Source: an uncultured Gemmatimonadaceae bacterium
Lineage (GTDB): Bacteria > Gemmatimonadota > Gemmatimonadetes > Gemmatimonadales > Gemmatimonadaceae
Length of the DNA stretch: 64,000 nt
Direction: 5' to 3'
Assembly: GCA_963822945.1 (NCBI GenBank)
Contig: CAWGJO010000036.1
Span: forward strand, 1-64,000
Under the pieces are notes generated by a model. It saw only the letters and a program-made list of their open reading frames with translations, ran no database searches and was not told the origin of the DNA. Both the position numbers and the translations under genes were made by a program. Position 1 is the first letter of the stretch; each line of letters opens with the position of its first letter. Shown one piece after another: positions 57,155 to 64,000 of this stretch.

Positions 57155-60100
57155 TCAGGGAATGATCTTCGCTCCCGTCAGCCGGTTGTACGCCGACAGA
57201 TCGTTCTTCATCAGCGCGTCGTACGCCGCCTTTCCCGCGTTCAGATTGGTCTCGATCATCTGCAGCACCTCGTGCGTCGTGTTGGTCGGCTTGTAGTTCG
57301 CGCCGCCCGCCACGTCGCCGCCGCCCAGCCCCGTCTCGGCGTACAGCCAGATGAGGTTGAGATAGACCTTGTCGGCGTTGACGAAGTACTTGTCGTCGCT
57401 GTTCAGGTTCTCGCGCGAGATCAGCATCAGCTCCACCTTCATGAGCTTGTCGTTCATCGCCGCGAGTTCCTTGAGGCGCGCGTCGTTGCCCGCCGCCTTC
57501 TTGGTCTCCACCTCCAGCGCGTGCCGCATCACCTCCAGCCGGTTGATCATCTTCACCGTGCTGTTGAGGTCGTCGCGAATGCGGATCTGCATCTGCAGCG
57601 ACGCTTCGAGATCGGCCTGCGACGTCGTGAGCTTGGGATCGGTCACCACCTCGAAGGGACGTGTGAACGTCTTCCCGTCCACGGTGAGCTTGGCCGTGTA
57701 CTTGCCCGGGACGGCGAGCGGGCCCTGGCGCTGCGTGCCCGCAATGCCCCAGTGGGTCACCGGACGCGTGTCCTTGTCCTTGAACCGGGCCTCGTCCCAG
57801 ATGTTCGGGTTGTCGGGCGCCGCGGTGCGCAGTTCCGGCTGGTCGGGCCCGTCGTACTGCAGGTCCCAGGTGATCAGGTTCTGCCCGCGGCGGCCGGCCT
57901 GCCGCATCGTCCGCACCACCGTACCGTGCGAATCGGCGATCTGCAGCTCCACCGAATCCTTCGGCGCCTCCCGGCTCATGAACCGGAACTGCGCTTCGCC
58001 GCTGCGCGCCTGCCGGAAGCCCGGGCGCGGTACGTAGAAGTACGCCTCGGCGTTCGCCGGCACCTGATCCTTCTGCTCGAGCGTCGTGATGTCGTGCATG
58101 ATGTAGACGCCGCGACCGTACGTCGACACCACCACGTCGTGCCAGAGTTTCGGCACCTGGATCCAGGTGACCGGCGCGGCCGGCAGGCCGGTCTGGAAGT
58201 GCGTCCAGTGGGCGCCGTCGTCCATGGAGTAGTAGAACGCGTGTCCCGTGCCGGCGAAGAGCATGCCCTTGCGGTTCGGATTCTCGGCCACGGTCATCAC
58301 GTAGTCCAGCGGATGATCCTGCGGCAGCGCGTCGCTGATGCGCGTCCAGCTCTTCCCGTAGTTGGTGGTCTTGTAGATGTACGGCTTGCGGTTGTCCATC
58401 ATGTGGTAGTCCACGGCCATGTACGCCGTGCCCGGATCGAACACCGACGGGGAGATCTCGCGCACCGTGCCCCAGGGGGCCATGCCCACGTTCTTGCTCA
58501 CGTCCTCCCAGTGCGCCCCGCCGTCGCGCGTGTACCAGACCTTGCCGTCGTTGGTGCCGGCCCAGATGAGGCCGCGCTGGATGGGCGACGGCGCGATGGC
58601 AAACACCACCTCGCCCGCGAACTGGCCGAGGTTGTCGCCCACGAGCCCGCCGGACGACATGATGCGGCTGCTGTCACGGGTCGAGAGGTCGGGACTGATC
58701 ACGCTCCAGCTCTGCCCGCCGTTGCTCGTCTTGAAGATCACCTGACAGCCGTAGTACACGGTGTTGTGATCGAACGGGTCGATGGCCAGCGGCGGCGTCC
58801 AGTGGCACCGGTACTTCGCTTCGGTGGGCGCGTAGTCGAGCAGGTGGATCCACGGGCTGACGGCGCGCGCCAACCCGGTCTTCGCGTCGTAGCGTGAGAC
58901 CTCGTTCGCGTAGCAGGTGGCCCAGACGATGTCGGGATCCGTGGGATCGGGAATCGTGAAGCCAGACTCGCAGCCGCCGAGGTTGTGATCCCACGTCGCG
59001 GTGCGGGTGCCGCCGAATCCGCCGCGGCCGCCCCGTCCGCCAAAGCCGCCGCGCCCACCGCGGCCGCCACCCTGCTGCTCGACGTTGCCGGCGCTGTCGA
59101 AGGCGATGATCCGCGTGGCGCTGGTCGGCGCCTCCACCGCGTCGCTCGGCCCGCGCATGGTGCCGTCGTCCTGCCGGTTGCCGTACACCCAGTACGGCAC
59201 CTGATTGTCCACCGCCACGTGATACATCTGCGCGTTCGGAATCGCGATGCGCGTCAGGGTCTTGCCGTGGTCGGCGGTCACGCTGGCGCCGCCGTCGTAG
59301 GTCAGCCCGAAGTGGTCCGGACTGATCGGATCGATCCAGATATCGTGGTTGTCGCCGCCCCACGGCTCGCTCTGCCAGGTCCTGCCGCCGTCGGTGGACT
59401 TGTAGAAGCCGCTGTTGGCGAGCAGCACCTCGTCGGCATTGCCGCTGTTCACTGCGAGGTGGATGTAGTAGCCGGCGCGACCGATCAGCAGGCGGTTCCA
59501 GCTCACCACGTGCCAGGTGTGTCCGCCGTCATCCGAACGCCAGACGGACCCCTGGTCCTTGGTCTGGATGAGCGCGTACACGCGGTTCGACGCCGAGGGC
59601 GCCACCGCGACGTCGATCTTGCCGAGCGGGGAGTGCGGCAGTCCGGCGTCCTCGACGTGCGTCCAGGTGGCGCCGCTGTCGCGCGACACGTAGATGCCGC
59701 TGCTCGGGCCGCCGCCGAGTTCGGCGTACGTGTGCATCTCCACCTGCCACATGCCGGCGAACAGCACCGCCGGATCGTGCAGGTCGAGGCTCAGCCCGGA
59801 ACAGCCGGTGTTCTCGTTCACGAACAGCACCCGGTTCCAGGTCTTGCCGCCGTCCATCGTGCGGTACACGCCGCGCTCCTGCTGCGGTCCCGTGGTGCGG
59901 CCCAGCGCGCACACGTACACGATGTCTGCGTTGGTCGGGTTGACGATGATGCGCCCGATGCGCCCGGTCTGCGTGAGCCCCATGTGGGTCCAGTGCATCC
60001 CGCCGTCGGTGGATTTGTACACGCCGTCGCCCATGACGTCGGCGTCGCGGATGGCCCACGCCTCGCCCGTGCCCGCCCATACCACGTTGTGGTCGGAGGG

Positions 60101-60409
60101 CGCGACGGCCAGCGCACCGATGGCCTGCACCGGCTCGTCGTCGAACACGGGGCCGAAGCTGTGCCCGCCGTCCACGGACTTCCACACGCCGCCCGACGCC
60201 GAGCCGAGGTACCAGATGGCGGTGTCGCCGGGCACGCCGGAGATCGAGGCGATGCGCCCGCCGCTGGCCGGGCCGACGAATTGGAAGTGGAGTGGCTGCG
60301 GGGCCGGCGGCGGTCCGCCGCGACCGCGCCGCTGCGCGAGCGACGGAGCGGCGACGAGCGGCAGGGCCAGCAGACCGGCGAGGATGGCGCGAGTACGAAG
60401 GGAGATCAT
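57155..60409 (-). CDS. Secreted BNR/VPS10 (sortilin-like) beta-propeller protein
   Basis: Signal peptide, VGPASGGRI and multiple SxDGGxTW Asp-boxes. Paralogue of 34019..37069. Confidence 0.9.
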   Translation of the reverse strand: MISLRTRAILAGLLALPLVAAPSLAQRRGRGGPPPAPQPLHFQFVGPASGGRIASISGVPGDTAIWYLGSASGGVWKSVDGGHSFGPVFDDEPVQAIGALAVAPSDHNVVWAGTGEAWAIRDADVMGDGVYKSTDGGMHWTHMGLTQTGRIGRIIVNPTNADIVYVCALGRTTGPQQERGVYRTMDGGKTWNRVLFVNENTGCSGLSLDLHDPAVLFAGMWQVEMHTYAELGGGPSSGIYVSRDSGATWTHVEDAGLPHSPLGKIDVAVAPSASNRVYALIQTKDQGSVWRSDDGGHTWHVVSWNRLLIGRAGYYIHLAVNSGNADEVLLANSGFYKSTDGGRTWQSEPWGGDNHDIWIDPISPDHFGLTYDGGASVTADHGKTLTRIAIPNAQMYHVAVDNQVPYWVYGNRQDDGTMRGPSDAVEAPTSATRIIAFDSAGNVEQQGGGRGGRGGFGGRGGRGGFGGTRTATWDHNLGGCESGFTIPDPTDPDIVWATCYANEVSRYDAKTGLARAVSPWIHLLDYAPTEAKYRCHWTPPLAIDPFDHNTVYYGCQVIFKTSNGGQSWSVISPDLSTRDSSRIMSSGGLVGDNLGQFAGEVVFAIAPSPIQRGLIWAGTNDGKVWYTRDGGAHWEDVSKNVGMAPWGTVREISPSVFDPGTAYMAVDYHMMDNRKPYIYKTTNYGKSWTRISDALPQDHPLDYVMTVAENPNRKGMLFAGTGHAFYYSMDDGAHWTHFQTGLPAAPVTWIQVPKLWHDVVVSTYGRGVYIMHDITTLEQKDQVPANAEAYFYVPRPGFRQARSGEAQFRFMSREAPKDSVELQIADSHGTVVRTMRQAGRRGQNLITWDLQYDGPDQPELRTAAPDNPNIWDEARFKDKDTRPVTHWGIAGTQRQGPLAVPGKYTAKLTVDGKTFTRPFEVVTDPKLTTSQADLEASLQMQIRIRDDLNSTVKMINRLEVMRHALEVETKKAAGNDARLKELAAMNDKLMKVELMLISRENLNSDDKYFVNADKVYLNLIWLYAETGLGGGDVAGGANYKPTNTTHEVLQMIETNLNAGKAAYDALMKNDLSAYNRLTGAKIIP

Positions 60410-60424
60410 GAGTGGACCCCGGGG

Positions 60425-62875
<2,451 letters not shown>

Positions 62876-63008
62876 GGGACGGGTTCCGGGCGAGGCGGGC
62901 AGGCGGATATTGTATACGGAGTCCGGCCCCTATCATGCCACCGGGGACACTGCTCCCGCTAGGGCGCCCCGTGAGCCCACCCCAGTCCATCGCAGCCCCC
63001 AATTCCAT

Positions 63009-63160
63009 TCCGTTCCAGTCCGTTGCCATCCGTTCAACTCCGTATCCAATTCGTGGATGCCCGTGCGATCGAGTTCCATGTGCTGCGCGCGGAACTCAAT
63101 CTGTCGGGCTTCTACGCTGCTGGACGCGGACCCAACGGATTGGAACGGACTGGCACGGAT
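63009..63160. repeat. Imperfect palindrome built from about 10-nt TCCGT units
   Basis: Left TCCGTTCCAG TCCGTTGCCA TCCGTTCAAC TCCGT; right AACGGATTGG AACGGACTGG CACGGAT; inner hairpin GAGTTCC / GGAACTC. Confidence 0.7.
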
Positions 63161-63185
63161 AGAAGCTGAAGAGAAGGAACGCCCC

Positions 63186-64000
63186 CTACCCCAGCGTGAT
63201 CTCGAGCCTGGTCACCGAGGCAGGTGCAAAGCTGTACACCAGCGGCGAGGCGCCCACCTGAACGTCGCGCGGGGCCGACGGCCGCACCGTGTCGGGGTGG
63301 GCGAAGCTGTTCACGTCGTGCACGCTGTGCGCCGCGAGCGTCGTCGCGCGCACCGAGCGCACGTTCGCGCCGCCGCGCACGGCGATCTCCGTCTCGCGCG
63401 GCTCGGTCATCGAACTGTTCGTGACCGTCAGGGTCACCATGTTGCCCCGCACCGACGCCGACCCGTTGAGTCCCCAGAGCGTGGACCGCGTCCCGTCCTT
63501 CTCCGTCCAGGCCACCGGGGGCGCCGAGACCTCGGTGCGCAGCGACTGCGCGCCCTGGTGCGCCGCGTACATCGCGAACACGTGGTACACCGGCGTCACC
63601 ACGAACTGATCGTCGTGCGCCAGAAACACCGACTGGATGCAGTTGATGAGCTGGGCGACGTTGGCCATCGCCACCTTGTCGGCGTGCCGCTGGAAGATGT
63701 CGAGCGTGAGCCCGGCCAGCACGGCGTCCCGAATGGTGGACTGCGACTCGAACAGGTGGCTCGCATCGGCGATCGGTGCGCTGGCGTGCCACGCCCCCCA
63801 TTCGTCGATCACCAGCTTCACGTGGTGCCGGCGGTCGGTGTCGGCCAGGATGTCCCACGTGGTGTCGATCACCGTCTCCATGTAGTTCGCCCGCGCCAGC
63901 AGGTCGTACCACCCGCGCTCGTCGAAATTCACCGCATCGGCGCCGGCGTCGGGCGCGCCCGAGTAGTGGTGCACCGAGAGCCCCCAGACGCTGTCCACGG
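63186..64000 (-). CDS. Alpha-L-arabinofuranosidase (GH51), C-terminal part; truncated by window edge
   Basis: LSVHHY, LVIDEWGAW, TIRDA, VAMANVAQLINCIQ, TPVYHVFAMY and NSFAHPDTVRP motifs. Confidence 0.9.
   Translation of the reverse strand, partial: VDSVWGLSVHHYSGAPDAGADAVNFDERGWYDLLARANYMETVIDTTWDILADTDRRHHVKLVIDEWGAWHASAPIADASHLFESQSTIRDAVLAGLTLDIFQRHADKVAMANVAQLINCIQSVFLAHDDQFVVTPVYHVFAMYAAHQGAQSLRTEVSAPPVAWTEKDGTRSTLWGLNGSASVRGNMVTLTVTNSSMTEPRETEIAVRGGANVRSVRATTLAAHSVHDVNSFAHPDTVRPSAPRDVQVGASPLVYSFAPASVTRLEITLG

Overview
High-GC bacterial chromosomal window. Gene content and repeat style resemble Gemmatimonadota (inference). About 50 protein genes are present, plus the SRP RNA gene ffs. 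Many single-base frameshifts fall in conserved genes, which points to an imperfectly polished long-read assembly. In order: (1-10.3 kb) a sigma-54-flavoured island with two atypical enhancer-binding proteins, wzc-wza-wecB, an orphan RsbT-type kinase, a TPR protein and several -24/-12 promoter motifs; MarR plus a DHA2 efflux pump; two paralogous barrel-less TonB-plug-like proteins; a housekeeping run on the minus strand (tal, pyk, PhnP-like, pgi, fba, YtxH, YihY, ltaE, ffs, dnaX, ybaB, recR, mglB, mglA, pgsA, cinA); secreted peptidases and BNR/VPS10 proteins; alaX/hrpB; BlaI + M56-TonB; PPK2 + CHAD; argJ; a pyrimidine-dimer glycosylase; and a partial GH51 gene. No transposase, integrase, tRNA, rRNA or CRISPR array was seen. 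The most unusual signal is a set of intergenic palindromes built from 7-10 nt repeat units. Some are empty, and two enclose a single cargo gene. At 56291-57121 the layout looks like a gene circle integrated by crossover into a palindrome core. At 48059-48667 a DNA-repair gene sits between perfect 29-bp inverted arms.
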